Shown: one piece after another, positions 8,352 through 18,141 of the stretch
Position numbering within the stretch: the stretch's first letter is position 1
Layout of the letters: each line of letters starts with the position of its first letter
Source: a virus
Lineage: Duplodnaviria > Heunggongvirae > Uroviricota > Caudoviricetes
Length of the DNA stretch: 41,685 bases
IMG/VR virus record: IMGVR_UViG_2541047729_000013
Strand: one strand, 5' to 3'
The notes under the pieces: generated by a model
Databases searched by the model: none
Seen by the model: only the letters and a program-made list of their open reading frames with translations
What the model was told of the DNA's origin: nothing
Position numbers and translations under genes: made by a program

Positions 8352-9047
8352 ATGACAGCTACAAAAAGCACGTCCATTTTTTCTTTCGAATCCCAAGCCG
8401 ATATACGGGTAATCGTCATTAATGGTGAGCCATGGTTTATCGCTTCAGATGTTTGTCGGGCTATAGGCATAGCAAATCATCGAGATGCTGTTCGAAAACT
8501 TGATGATGATGAGAAGGGCGTCGCTTCAACCGACACCCCTGGCGGTGAGCAAGAATCGATCATCATCTCCGAGTCAGGCCTCTACACACTGATCCTCCGC
8601 TGCCGCGACGCAGTGACACCAGGCACTATCCCCTACCGCTTTCGTAAATGGGTTACAGGTGAGGTTCTTCCTCAGATCCGCCGCACCGGAAGTTACATTA
8701 AAAACTCGCTCCCGCAGGAAGAACGCATAAAGATGGTTGCCGACCAGGTAGCCAACGCCACAGCATCAGCAGTGATGCAGGCAATGAAGATAGAGAACAA
8801 AACCTACAGTGCCCCACTGAAGCCCGGCTACCGCAGCCTGATTCATTCGCCGTCTGGTGTTCTCGGCCTGACGGAGAACTCACTGCTGATGAATCTGCTG
8901 AACCAGTTACAGGAAGACGGGCACGACGTATCGGGCGCGGCGGCGGAGCTGACCACCATGTTCTGCTACATCGTCGGTGTGAGCAAGTGCCTGCGTGATA
9001 TCCAGACGCACGCGGAGTACATCAACGACAAGGCTGGGTTCTTCTGA
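8352..9047 (+). CDS. Bro-N domain antirepressor-like protein
   Basis: N-terminal hallmark IRVIVINGEPWFIASDVCRAIGIANHRDAVRKLDDDEKGV; C-terminal about 65 aa paralogous to the 6709-6966 protein; RBS AAGGT upstream. Confidence 0.75.
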   Translation: MTATKSTSIFSFESQADIRVIVINGEPWFIASDVCRAIGIANHRDAVRKLDDDEKGVASTDTPGGEQESIIISESGLYTLILRCRDAVTPGTIPYRFRKWVTGEVLPQIRRTGSYIKNSLPQEERIKMVADQVANATASAVMQAMKIENKTYSAPLKPGYRSLIHSPSGVLGLTENSLLMNLLNQLQEDGHDVSGAAAELTTMFCYIVGVSKCLRDIQTHAEYINDKAGFF

Positions 9048-9112
9048 CGGGCGGCGGCACATGGATGTGCCTTTAAAATAATCATTGGCGATGTGATGTA
9101 GATTCGCGTAAT

Positions 9113-9129
9113 ATTACCTTACGGGTAAG
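9113..9129 (+). promoter_or_regulatory. ATTACC-N5-GGTAAG operator-like palindrome upstream of the 9188 gene
   Basis: ATTACCTTACGGGTAAG, same family as the immunity-region sites; about 60 nt upstream of the ATG at 9188. Confidence 0.45.
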
Positions 9130-9187
9130 AAAGCGTTTTTAATCTTCCCTTCAAAACGCGTCCTGTAGCCAAACATGGGAGGACGAA

Positions 9188-9820
9188 ATGAAAACAAATA
9201 CAACAAGAAAAGCGATGCCATACATTATCCCAGAAGCAGATTTCGACAGAAAACTGAACATGTCTGAGAAGAACACTAGTCACACCGAAAGCTACTTAGC
9301 GAAAGGTGTGGTTGATTTCGTTCTTCCGGGATTCACAACACCTTATGGTTATCGCCTTGTAAAATCTTGTAATGGCGATCATTACAGAATGATTACTACC
9401 AGCGATACTCCAGAAACGGTGTATGCGGTTAAGTTAATCTTTCGGGAAGATATCGTCGAAGCTAAAAGAACATGTACGCAGATCATGGTATGGCGTACGC
9501 CTAATGTTATTCATGACCGTGCTGTTCATGGTTTGCCTCAGATTTTTTTTCAGTTCTTCCTAGAGCAATATGCGATCGTTGTATCTGATGAGCAACAAAC
9601 AATCGATGGGAGAAGATTCTGGGAAAGAATGATTTCTTGGGCTATAAACACCCCGGGATATAATGTATACGTTTCAGATGGCTCTGAAGAAGATAGACCT
9701 CTTAGCTTCATGACATCATGGGATGATTTCTATAGCCAGTGGGCTGATTTCTGTTGGGGCAGTGATAAAGATGTGCATACCCACAGACTACTGGTTATAA
9801 GCAAAGATAAACTGCATTAA
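9188..9820 (+). CDS. Hypothetical protein (210 aa), accessory/moron gene
   Basis: Strong RBS GGAGG; followed by a clean intrinsic terminator; AT-rich codon usage unlike the structural genes; no motif I can assign. Confidence 0.6.
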   Translation: MKTNTTRKAMPYIIPEADFDRKLNMSEKNTSHTESYLAKGVVDFVLPGFTTPYGYRLVKSCNGDHYRMITTSDTPETVYAVKLIFREDIVEAKRTCTQIMVWRTPNVIHDRAVHGLPQIFFQFFLEQYAIVVSDEQQTIDGRRFWERMISWAINTPGYNVYVSDGSEEDRPLSFMTSWDDFYSQWADFCWGSDKDVHTHRLLVISKDKLH

Positions 9821-9822
9821 TA

Positions 9823-9846
9823 GAAGCCCGCAGCGCGGGCTTTTTT
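9823..9846 (+). terminator. Rho-independent terminator after the 9188-9820 gene
   Basis: GC stem GCCCGC / GCGGGC with short loop followed by TTTTTT. Confidence 0.75.
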
Positions 9847-9918
9847 GTGGACGAAACAAAAGTCAGTGCTACACTCATTGACGCCACATTGAGGTGGCTT
9901 ATAGATGGAAATTTCACA

Positions 9919-10080
9919 ATGAAAAAAGCATTTGCTGCACTGTTCGTTTTGTTGTCTCTGGTAGCTTCAACTCAGGCCTTTGCCGGTCGTTGTCAGCACG
10001 ACAGCGATACTGCTGCTGACGGCTCCCGCTGCGGTGGGCGTTCTGCGGATTCCCGCCCGGGTGGCGGTGGCATTCGTTAA
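9919..10080 (+). CDS. Small secreted peptide (53 aa precursor)
   Basis: Internal ATG of track ORF 9847-10080; canonical signal peptide MKKAFAALFVLLSLVASTQAFA followed by a Gly/Arg/Asp-rich 30-aa part with two Cys; followed by a bidirectional terminator. Confidence 0.4.
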   Translation: MKKAFAALFVLLSLVASTQAFAGRCQHDSDTAADGSRCGGRSADSRPGGGGIR

Positions 10081-10085
10081 AAACA

Positions 10086-10107
10086 AGGCCGCGAAAGCGG
10101 CCTGTTT
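10086..10107. terminator. Bidirectional terminator between convergent accessory genes
   Basis: AGGCCGC-GAAA-GCGGCCT hairpin flanked by A-run and T-run; separates the + peptide gene and the - secreted-protein gene ending at 10110. Confidence 0.6.
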
Positions 10108-10109
10108 GA

Positions 10110-10961
10110 TCACTGTGCAGTTTTCGCTGATCGATTTTCAGCTCTAAATTCAAGAACCGTTTCAATATTTCTTTCCTTCAGCATATCAATAACATTTTTA
10201 TTCATTTGACTATCACTGGTTAATAACTGGTAAACGTTGCTTCTCTCTTTATCAGAGTTTTCTTTAACAGCTGCTTTGCATGCCAAATGCTTATTGAAAT
10301 TTTCTACATCGCTAGTACAGGAATTTACGGCTGCTGATGAAATATCAGACGCTGAAGAAACACCATCATCCAAACGTTTTATAGCATTTTCTATACATGA
10401 GTTAAGGGAATAAACGACAACTGAGCGATACCCTTCAGACGCACACCATTCTAAATTTCTTGAAGGATCGAGTGGTTTTACTTCGCTGGATTGAATTAAC
10501 TTGTCAAAAACTGACTTATATTCAATCTGTTTTTTATCTATAGCCCATACTTCAGTAGCTGATTTATAATTCCCCGTATGCCTATTAACATCAAATCCAT
10601 GTTTTATAAGCAAATCTGCCCATGAAAGATTTATTGATTCATTGTTATGAGGCCATTTTCCTGTCAGAACCGCCCCCATAGACCCCATATATCCGCCATA
10701 TGATGGTATAGCACCATGGCTCAGTAACTTCTCAGCAACCACAGGGCAATTAATTACATAAGAGGCGTAAAGCCCATTCCATAAAGCCCCTCTATAGTAA
10801 TCGCCACGATTAGGTTCTTTTAAGTCGATAGCCTTTGATAATTGTTCACACGTTTTGCATGCATCAAAGTTATCCTTATTGCATTGCAATGAACTGGCAG
10901 CTGTAGGATTTACAGAGACTATTGAAAGCACTATGCCAAAAAACAAATTTATTTTTTTCAT
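10110..10961 (-). CDS. Secreted Cys-rich protein with ankyrin-like repeats (accessory gene)
   Basis: Signal peptide MKKINLFFGIVLSIVSVNPTAAS; at least 8 Cys; segments ADLLIKHGFDVNRHTG and VAEKLLSHGAIPSYGG resemble ankyrin-repeat consensus; AT-rich; directly downstream (2-nt gap) of the 1129-aa virion protein gene. Confidence 0.55.
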   Translation of the reverse strand: MKKINLFFGIVLSIVSVNPTAASSLQCNKDNFDACKTCEQLSKAIDLKEPNRGDYYRGALWNGLYASYVINCPVVAEKLLSHGAIPSYGGYMGSMGAVLTGKWPHNNESINLSWADLLIKHGFDVNRHTGNYKSATEVWAIDKKQIEYKSVFDKLIQSSEVKPLDPSRNLEWCASEGYRSVVVYSLNSCIENAIKRLDDGVSSASDISSAAVNSCTSDVENFNKHLACKAAVKENSDKERSNVYQLLTSDSQMNKNVIDMLKERNIETVLEFRAENRSAKTAQ

Positions 10962-10962
10962 C

Positions 10963-13900
10963 CTATTTCATCTGCTCTTCAACTTTATTTAGTAACGGTG
11001 ATATTGCCCACAGGTTCTGAAAAGGTAGCATTTTACGGACCGCGTGGGTTTGCTGGCTGTCAAATTCTCCGTTAAGTACACCATTCGCAACCGTCGCGGC
11101 ATCACCGCCAAGATCAAAGGTAGGACCAAGTAAAGCACCAATAGCATTACGACTCTGAAACCTTGATACCGGAGGCGCACCAAACATCGCGCCAAGACCA
11201 AACCTACCGCCGCTTATGTTCTCAACGGTATTCAGCGGCTCAGAGAGCCAGCCAAGCATTCCGCCCCGGTCGATCCCCTCTTTCACAAGGTTATTCCAGC
11301 TGTAGTCAATATCGCGACCGCTTAACTTCTGTTTCATCATATAGACCATTGAGCCAAGCGCAATCGTGCCAAGCGCACCAAGATAGAATGCAGCATCGCC
11401 CTGCTGGATACCAGATACCAGCACCCTGTTATGCTGTGCGAAGATAAACGTTTTGAACTGCGTGATCATCTTCCAGCCTTCTTTACTAAAAAACAGCGGT
11501 GTATCACCTACGCCAGGCGTTACAATCACTGAGTCTACATCTTTCAGCACTGCAGACTGGAAAATCTCTCTAGCGAAACGGTCATCCCACAGATGACTAT
11601 GCCCGGTTAACAGCCCGTCCATATCCTCTCCGTGCTTCCCGAATTGCTCCCCGATTCGGCGCAGAACATCTTCATTGATGCCGACCTGTGCCATCTTCCG
11701 CATTTCACTTTTGGAGAGCGTGCCACCAGCAGAAACTTGGCGAGCCGCGTCAAGTATCCTCGACTGCACTATCATCCCGGACCATGATTTAAGTGCGCTG
11801 TTCCACTGATTCATCAGCGTCCAGTTACCGAATTTCTGCGTCATCCAGTTCAGGCCTCGCTCAGCGGCGCTTCTCCGGCTATATGGGTCAGTAAGATCCG
11901 CTATAGCCTTTGTACGCGTAGACAGGACATAATCAAGCCCAACGGCCATTTCTCGCAAATCCCTGGTTGCAATTTTCACTGAGTCCATATTTTTAAGCAT
12001 GCTTACCATTGGTCCGAGAGATTTTCTCAGGCCATGCTGCATCATCGGTCGCATCAGATCAGTTGCAGCGGAGACAGTCATTCCACCAAGCAAACGGAGG
12101 AAGTTAATATTCCTAGCAACTCGCCCGGCACGAACAAAGAAACTGCGTGGATCTTGAGGTGCACCGTAAGTACCAAGCAGTCGATCACGCATAGCCGTAA
12201 TATCCCTAATATCAGCCTCCCGTTGCTTCTCAAGAACTGCACGTCGTTTAGGCGTTTTAGCCTCTTTTATTAGCCGGGTATATTCCTCACTAACCTGACG
12301 GATTTGCTCCCCCATATCTTTACGGCCAAACTGCGCAGTCAGCTCAATTTCTGGTGCCACCTGCCGGAGATAACTTTCCATGATGTAGTTAACATCTGAT
12401 TCAAGAAAATCTTCTATACGCTCATCAGGAATAAGCAGCGTTCTGCTTTTAGTGAAACCAGCCCGACCAACGAGTCTCTCTGGGATAATATCGGCTGGTA
12501 CAAGCCCGGAAGGTGCACCTATTATTTTATTCACGATCTCGTCAGCAGCGTCCTCTGCTTCCTCTCGGGATAGAGGCTCCATCTGCTTCAGTGCTCGTTC
12601 GCGGCTTGCATTCAGCCTTGTGGTTGAATTTGCCCGTTTTTGCAGTCGGCGAAGCTCAGAACGATATTTCCGTGGATTATCCAGCAACTCCATATGGCGC
12701 TGATAGACAGGAAGCTCACTCTTTGCCTGCGCTATATCATCAAGGCGTGTTTTAAGGTCAGAGCTTTCTTTCATCATTCTTGCCTGAAGTTTTTCTGATG
12801 AAGTCTCGGCCAACTCTTTTTCTATTCTTGTAAGACGCGCCTGTGTGTCAGTCTCCTGAGATATAAGCTTATTTCGTTTATCCAGTTCTTCCATGAGTAG
12901 AATTTTTTTACCAGACCATTTCTCCGCTTCAGCGATTTCACTAGCGAGAGCATCAGCGCGCGGTGCCGATTCCTCTGCAGTTTTTAGCAATGAATTTATC
13001 CTTTCAATTCGCTGACCTGCCTTGTCAGCACCTTTGGCACTAATCCCTTGTATCCAGTTGGCAATTCGCCCTCTGAATTCAGTGCGGTCGGAAAGTATCT
13101 TATCGAACTTATAAATGCGGGGAAGATAACTTTTCGCCGTCACGACATCGATATCCTCAGGAAGGATCCCCAGTTCCTGCATACGGGCTTTTGTGGTCTC
13201 GAAAATGGGGCGGATTCTGGCAGCTGCTTGTGAAACCTCAGGAATATCACTCTGATCACCACGGCGCATAGCCATGCCAACAGCTTCATTGAAATCAATA
13301 AAGTTCATCCTCTTCACGCCGCGGGCGCTAACAGATTTGCTGTACTGCTGGTAAGCATCACGAGTGGCTTCCATCTGCTTATAAAGCATGGCGTCGTATT
13401 GCTTAATCTTAGTCTCGACTGCCGTAAACGTAGCCAACCCCTCATCATTTTTGGCGAAGAAATAGTTATTTTCGGCAAGCTGCTGGTTAATCTGACGGGA
13501 GACAAGAGATGGTGATTGCGCCAAGCGGCCAGCAGGAGTGACACTCAACGTTTTGTTAGCAAGTCCAAGTCCAGCGAGCTGTTCCTGATCGAGTGTGGTA
13601 TTGAAAACCTGAGCTGCACCAATGCTTTGAGGAGAATCCATACCTCGCAAATGATTACCTACTGAGTTAACCACTGCCTCGCGCGCGCCAGGTCCAGCAA
13701 GTAGCTGTGCACCAGCACCAAGGATCCCACCAACGAGAGCATCAACAACAACGTTCGATACGCTCTCCATCGGTGAGCGAGCTTCCTGAGTGGCCTGTAA
13801 TGCGGCCTCTGAAGCAACACTGCCAGCAGCATTCGCCAGGGCAAAACGCCCGGCTGTTTCTGCAATACGACCGCCACGAACGACAGCGCCGAACGGAATA

Positions 13901-14352
13901 AACATAGAAATCGCATTGAATGGATCTGCTAATCTCATTGCTACAGAAGAGACTGTACCAGCAAATCCCAAGCCTGAATTGTATTCCATGTCAGCTCTCT
14001 GCTGATCGATTCGATGTTTAATTGCCATTGTTTCTTCAGGCGAACCGGAGTTGATAAACGAATCTGCAAAATCTTCATAGCCTTTAATATCTGCTGCATC
14101 GTTATCAAATGGGTTATATCCTTCAACCCTGTCAAACTGACTGAAAGGAGCACTGGCAATAAAGCTACCCAGCGTGTTATCTATACGAAATGCTGCTTGT
14201 CTAGACCTTTGAACGCGTTGATCACTGGTAAATGGGTTCACAGCAGAAAGCAAAGAAGGTGTTTCCATATAGAAATTACTGTCATCAGGTGCTGCTATTT
14301 GCTGAATATCCTCGCCAAGCAACTCTTTAGGATCCTGTTCATATATCGGCAT
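10963..14352 (-). CDS. Large internal virion / ejection protein (T7 gp16-like position)
   Basis: 1129 aa; translationally coupled to upstream 915-aa gene (shared ATGA); position after the gp15-like gene and before the fibre region. Assignment by size and synteny only. Confidence 0.55.
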   Translation of the reverse strand: MPIYEQDPKELLGEDIQQIAAPDDSNFYMETPSLLSAVNPFTSDQRVQRSRQAAFRIDNTLGSFIASAPFSQFDRVEGYNPFDNDAADIKGYEDFADSFINSGSPEETMAIKHRIDQQRADMEYNSGLGFAGTVSSVAMRLADPFNAISMFIPFGAVVRGGRIAETAGRFALANAAGSVASEAALQATQEARSPMESVSNVVVDALVGGILGAGAQLLAGPGAREAVVNSVGNHLRGMDSPQSIGAAQVFNTTLDQEQLAGLGLANKTLSVTPAGRLAQSPSLVSRQINQQLAENNYFFAKNDEGLATFTAVETKIKQYDAMLYKQMEATRDAYQQYSKSVSARGVKRMNFIDFNEAVGMAMRRGDQSDIPEVSQAAARIRPIFETTKARMQELGILPEDIDVVTAKSYLPRIYKFDKILSDRTEFRGRIANWIQGISAKGADKAGQRIERINSLLKTAEESAPRADALASEIAEAEKWSGKKILLMEELDKRNKLISQETDTQARLTRIEKELAETSSEKLQARMMKESSDLKTRLDDIAQAKSELPVYQRHMELLDNPRKYRSELRRLQKRANSTTRLNASRERALKQMEPLSREEAEDAADEIVNKIIGAPSGLVPADIIPERLVGRAGFTKSRTLLIPDERIEDFLESDVNYIMESYLRQVAPEIELTAQFGRKDMGEQIRQVSEEYTRLIKEAKTPKRRAVLEKQREADIRDITAMRDRLLGTYGAPQDPRSFFVRAGRVARNINFLRLLGGMTVSAATDLMRPMMQHGLRKSLGPMVSMLKNMDSVKIATRDLREMAVGLDYVLSTRTKAIADLTDPYSRRSAAERGLNWMTQKFGNWTLMNQWNSALKSWSGMIVQSRILDAARQVSAGGTLSKSEMRKMAQVGINEDVLRRIGEQFGKHGEDMDGLLTGHSHLWDDRFAREIFQSAVLKDVDSVIVTPGVGDTPLFFSKEGWKMITQFKTFIFAQHNRVLVSGIQQGDAAFYLGALGTIALGSMVYMMKQKLSGRDIDYSWNNLVKEGIDRGGMLGWLSEPLNTVENISGGRFGLGAMFGAPPVSRFQSRNAIGALLGPTFDLGGDAATVANGVLNGEFDSQQTHAVRKMLPFQNLWAISPLLNKVEEQMK

Positions 14353-17099
14353 TATTTGCCCCCTGCGTATATATTGCTCGGAAGGTAATTGGCTGAACCA
14401 TAACCGAATGGTTTGGTCAGATCTGGAGGAGTATATCCATCTTTATTGCTGAACTGCGGCAGCGGATTGCCTTCTCTCCGCACTCTAGCCTCATCAACAC
14501 GCTGTTGCTGGAACTGAATGGTTTGCCTGTACATTGGAGATGTCAGCTGATCCGGCTTGAAACGAACAGGGAGACCATTTTCTCCAATATAATTTCTCGG
14601 TTCTATCGCTCCGTTTGCGTCAGGCTGTAAAACCATAACAGCATAACTCCTATCCCTTGCCGTAAGGCCATCAGAAACAAGTATTAAGTCCGTATCACTG
14701 CGAGGACCGCCAAAGGATTTTGATTTAAGCTCGCGTTTTTCCTGCTCCCACTGCCCCTGTATCCAGTTACCAGCACCATTATTTACTCCGTACAATGCCT
14801 CAGGTGCATACTTCATAACCTCTGCTTTGCCATTAACTGTAGAAACTCCCCAGGTGGTTCTGATCATGGCATTGGTCATTTTCTCAGCCTGTTCTGCATC
14901 GCCACCTGTCTGTACAAAGTTAGCATCGTAAATTGTCTGGTAATCTCGCTGATAGGCCGCATTTGATTTTCCTGGATCGGTAATATCCGGAGACCACGAA
15001 CCAAAGGAAGTCAGACTGCTGGCGTTATTTTGTGCAGCAGTTGCCCTCGCCGCGACATATTTTTTGTCTCGCATGGCAGTGGAAAGCATCTGTTTCATTC
15101 GGTCATCCTGTTGGAACACCTGGCTGTAAGCCATATCAACAGCCTTATCCTCCGGCACGCCAGCGCGGGAATAATCGTAAACCTTGCCGTAAAATGCCAT
15201 CGTACTTTTATCAAGTGTTGCCGCTGCCGCCGGATTATTATCAAATAACTGACCGTAGAATTTTGCCATCGGGACAACCAGCGCAGGATCTCTTGATGTT
15301 GCTCCACTGTTAAGCATTGTTTTAACCTGAGTTGGTATCATGCCGCTTTTAGTTGTGACGGTGACCAGTGTATTGATGCTCTGCGGATCAGATATGGAAA
15401 ACGAAGGCGCGATATCCTGCGCGAAATAACGGTCTACCGCTGCCTGATTGTTTTTGTCGTTCGGGTCCAGCGGGAAGTTATTTTGCATTGAAGACACGAA
15501 CCTGTTTCTTCCCTGCTGAATCTCCCACTCCCTATCCATCTCTTTAAATTTGGCCTGCATTTTCTCCCAGCGTTGCTGGTTAGCTGCAAATCCAGGAGCG
15601 TTTGGATCCTGTGGACGTAAACGTTCAAGAATGTCTTGTCGTCCTTCTGGAGTGAGGTCTTTAGCGGCACCAATGACACCTCCATATTGTATCTGCGCCT
15701 GCATATCCTTCCACTTCATAGCGCCAATGCGCGGACCATTGGCCCGGATAAAATCGTCCTCAGAAGGTAACTTCTCAGGTTTCAATCCTTCATCAAGGGC
15801 TGAATATGCATCTTTAACTACGGTGCTAAGCTGGTCCGCATACTGCTGGCGGTACTGATTTCTCAGCTCATTAGCCTGCCTCAATGCCTGTATTTGCATT
15901 TGAGGGCTCATAGCGTCAAATGCCGCATTGCCCGTATAACGCTTAGGTGAATCAAGGTTAGTTAGACCAAGGGATGCCGAGATACCAGTTTCAAGCTGTT
16001 CGGTGCTATAAGGCATACTGCCATTTTCGTGTTTAATAATCCCAGCACATAAAGCAGCTAGTGTCTTTGGGTTAGAGATATCAAGCTGATCATTCTCCCC
16101 AACACCAAGCTCACTACACAATGCCCTAATATAAGCATCAGTATTATTACCATCACTAGCCGGAGCATAGCGATTAACAATCTCGCTAACGGTGTCATAG
16201 CCTTGACGCTGGTAAGACAACATATTTTTACCCAACGCGCGGATTCCATGCTCAGGGGTAGCAAACGTTGCAAAACGTCCATCGCTACCGATCTGACCTT
16301 CCCACGGGTTAGATTTGCTCGCTTCAATATTACCAGGGTTATTATTACGTAAACCACGAGCATCCAATGAATTACCATGTGATATTGCACGACTCACACC
16401 ATCAAGATCCCCTGGCTCTCCATTAACCTGAAGAAACTCGTTGTATTTTTGAGCGATATTTCCTATCCATGCTTGCTGCCCCATTTGTTCCTTGAGCTGA
16501 GTTTTCTGCTGAACACGCCACCCATCAGGAAGCCCATGTGCATCAGCGTATTGATCAATAGATTCAAATCGCTGCTTGGCTAAATCGACAAATGCTTGGT
16601 TATCGCTATATAGCCCCGCAGACTGAGTGACAGCCAATGCATTTCCTGACAAATACGTTTGATCTTGGAATTGCTGAAACTGCCCAACTTCATATCGACG
16701 TGCCTGATTGTAATAAGACTGCATAGACTGCTGGAGTTGAAAGGATAATTTATTCCTTTCCTCACTTTCAGGAATTGAGCCTAATAATGCCTGAGCCCTT
16801 TCCTGCATATTTTTCATAACAGCGTCACTCTGACCAAGAGCGTTTTTACCCTGTTTAGAAATCAGCCCATTTTCAGGGTTGTTAATCTGGTCATCTGCAA
16901 ATTGGTTAAATTGCAGTAACGCCTCCTGAGCCATAGCAACATTCGCTTTCTGCCTGGCTTCACCATATGCCACCGCATACTGATCTGCGACATTCGCCAG
17001 CACCTGACCTGCTTGAGGAACATCGAAGGTCTGAAAACCACCGGTTTGCACACCACGACTTTGCACCTGGCGTCCGGATGTAGTAGGAACAACTGGCAT
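14352..17099 (-). CDS. Large internal virion protein (gp15-like position), possible cell-wall hydrolase motif
   Basis: 915 aa; start coupled to upstream gene; segment GLRNNNPGNIEASKSNPWEGQ resembles motifs seen in virion-associated murein hydrolases (from memory, unverified). Confidence 0.55.
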   Translation of the reverse strand: MPVVPTTSGRQVQSRGVQTGGFQTFDVPQAGQVLANVADQYAVAYGEARQKANVAMAQEALLQFNQFADDQINNPENGLISKQGKNALGQSDAVMKNMQERAQALLGSIPESEERNKLSFQLQQSMQSYYNQARRYEVGQFQQFQDQTYLSGNALAVTQSAGLYSDNQAFVDLAKQRFESIDQYADAHGLPDGWRVQQKTQLKEQMGQQAWIGNIAQKYNEFLQVNGEPGDLDGVSRAISHGNSLDARGLRNNNPGNIEASKSNPWEGQIGSDGRFATFATPEHGIRALGKNMLSYQRQGYDTVSEIVNRYAPASDGNNTDAYIRALCSELGVGENDQLDISNPKTLAALCAGIIKHENGSMPYSTEQLETGISASLGLTNLDSPKRYTGNAAFDAMSPQMQIQALRQANELRNQYRQQYADQLSTVVKDAYSALDEGLKPEKLPSEDDFIRANGPRIGAMKWKDMQAQIQYGGVIGAAKDLTPEGRQDILERLRPQDPNAPGFAANQQRWEKMQAKFKEMDREWEIQQGRNRFVSSMQNNFPLDPNDKNNQAAVDRYFAQDIAPSFSISDPQSINTLVTVTTKSGMIPTQVKTMLNSGATSRDPALVVPMAKFYGQLFDNNPAAAATLDKSTMAFYGKVYDYSRAGVPEDKAVDMAYSQVFQQDDRMKQMLSTAMRDKKYVAARATAAQNNASSLTSFGSWSPDITDPGKSNAAYQRDYQTIYDANFVQTGGDAEQAEKMTNAMIRTTWGVSTVNGKAEVMKYAPEALYGVNNGAGNWIQGQWEQEKRELKSKSFGGPRSDTDLILVSDGLTARDRSYAVMVLQPDANGAIEPRNYIGENGLPVRFKPDQLTSPMYRQTIQFQQQRVDEARVRREGNPLPQFSNKDGYTPPDLTKPFGYGSANYLPSNIYAGGK

Positions 17100-17677
17100 C
17101 AGTAACCTCCTATTTTGAATCGGGAGTCAGAATTCATAAAACCTGAGTTAGATAACATTGGCGTCCCACCACTAGATGTACTTCCTTTAGAGAACGGACT
17201 CCACGTTCCGCCGCCCAACTTATATGCACCGTATGCTTTTAGTGGTGCTGTTAACAAAGTGCTGGTCATCGATGATTTAGCAGCCGACTGAGCAGCAGCC
17301 CCCTGTGCCTGAGCATTCATTCCCTGAACCTGATACCCATATGCCTCACGCTGAGCATTATTCACTGTCGTTAACGCATCAAGAGTGCCGAACTGAGCAT
17401 TATCCGCAAAAACGTCAAGAGCTGTTCCGCTACTTAATTCCGCACCGGTAGCCCCCATAGTGGCCGCCGCAGTGCCTGAGCGTTGACGCATTTCACGACG
17501 ACGCTGATCTGCTTCAATATTCCCACGATTGATTGAATCCTGTGCCTGAGCTTCAGCAATTTCAGCATTCCGATCAGCTATGGCTGACTGGTATTTTGCC
17601 TGCTTGCTCTGGCTGTACATTGACGCGGCTGTGGATGCCACTGTGACGGCAACCAAAGCGATGGCTGGGTTACACAT
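17099..17677 (-). CDS. Internal virion protein (gp14-like position)
   Basis: 192 aa; N-terminal hydrophobic segment, Ala/Gln-rich; overlapping start/stop with neighbours. Confidence 0.5.
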   Translation of the reverse strand: MCNPAIALVAVTVASTAASMYSQSKQAKYQSAIADRNAEIAEAQAQDSINRGNIEADQRRREMRQRSGTAAATMGATGAELSSGTALDVFADNAQFGTLDALTTVNNAQREAYGYQVQGMNAQAQGAAAQSAAKSSMTSTLLTAPLKAYGAYKLGGGTWSPFSKGSTSSGGTPMLSNSGFMNSDSRFKIGGY

Positions 17678-18141
17678 TATTTTCTCTCCATGTGAAATCT
17701 GTGGAAATTAAGACCAATAGCACCATAAGGCGCGGCTTCTTCAAGCCTGAATCCAAGCCAGTGCAGCCATGCTTTGGCAACATGGTTTCGCTCGTCGACG
17801 TAGTTTTCCAGGCGCGGATAAACTGCCAGCATCTGCTGCAATACAGGGCGGCAGTGGCGCAGAAATGTCTTCTGATATTTTTCAATACGGCTGGTCCCGA
17901 CCAGCCAGGGCGTACCATTGCCACCGATCATTGACGCCGGAGATACGCCAAACATGGTTACCAGTTCTCCGTTCGCGAACCCTGACCAGGCCATAGTCGC
18001 AGTACGCAGACCAACACGCAGCGCATCTTCGGTAGTCATCAGTGATACCGCATACAGTTCGTCAATATCAGCCTGACGAACATCCGGCAAAATCATCTGA
18101 AGATGCTCTTCGGTTGCGGGAATAATTTGAACATCGATCAT
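17677..18141 (-). CDS. Hypothetical virion-module protein
   Basis: 154 aa ORF translationally coupled on both sides within the structural operon. Confidence 0.5.
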   Translation of the reverse strand: MIDVQIIPATEEHLQMILPDVRQADIDELYAVSLMTTEDALRVGLRTATMAWSGFANGELVTMFGVSPASMIGGNGTPWLVGTSRIEKYQKTFLRHCRPVLQQMLAVYPRLENYVDERNHVAKAWLHWLGFRLEEAAPYGAIGLNFHRFHMERK

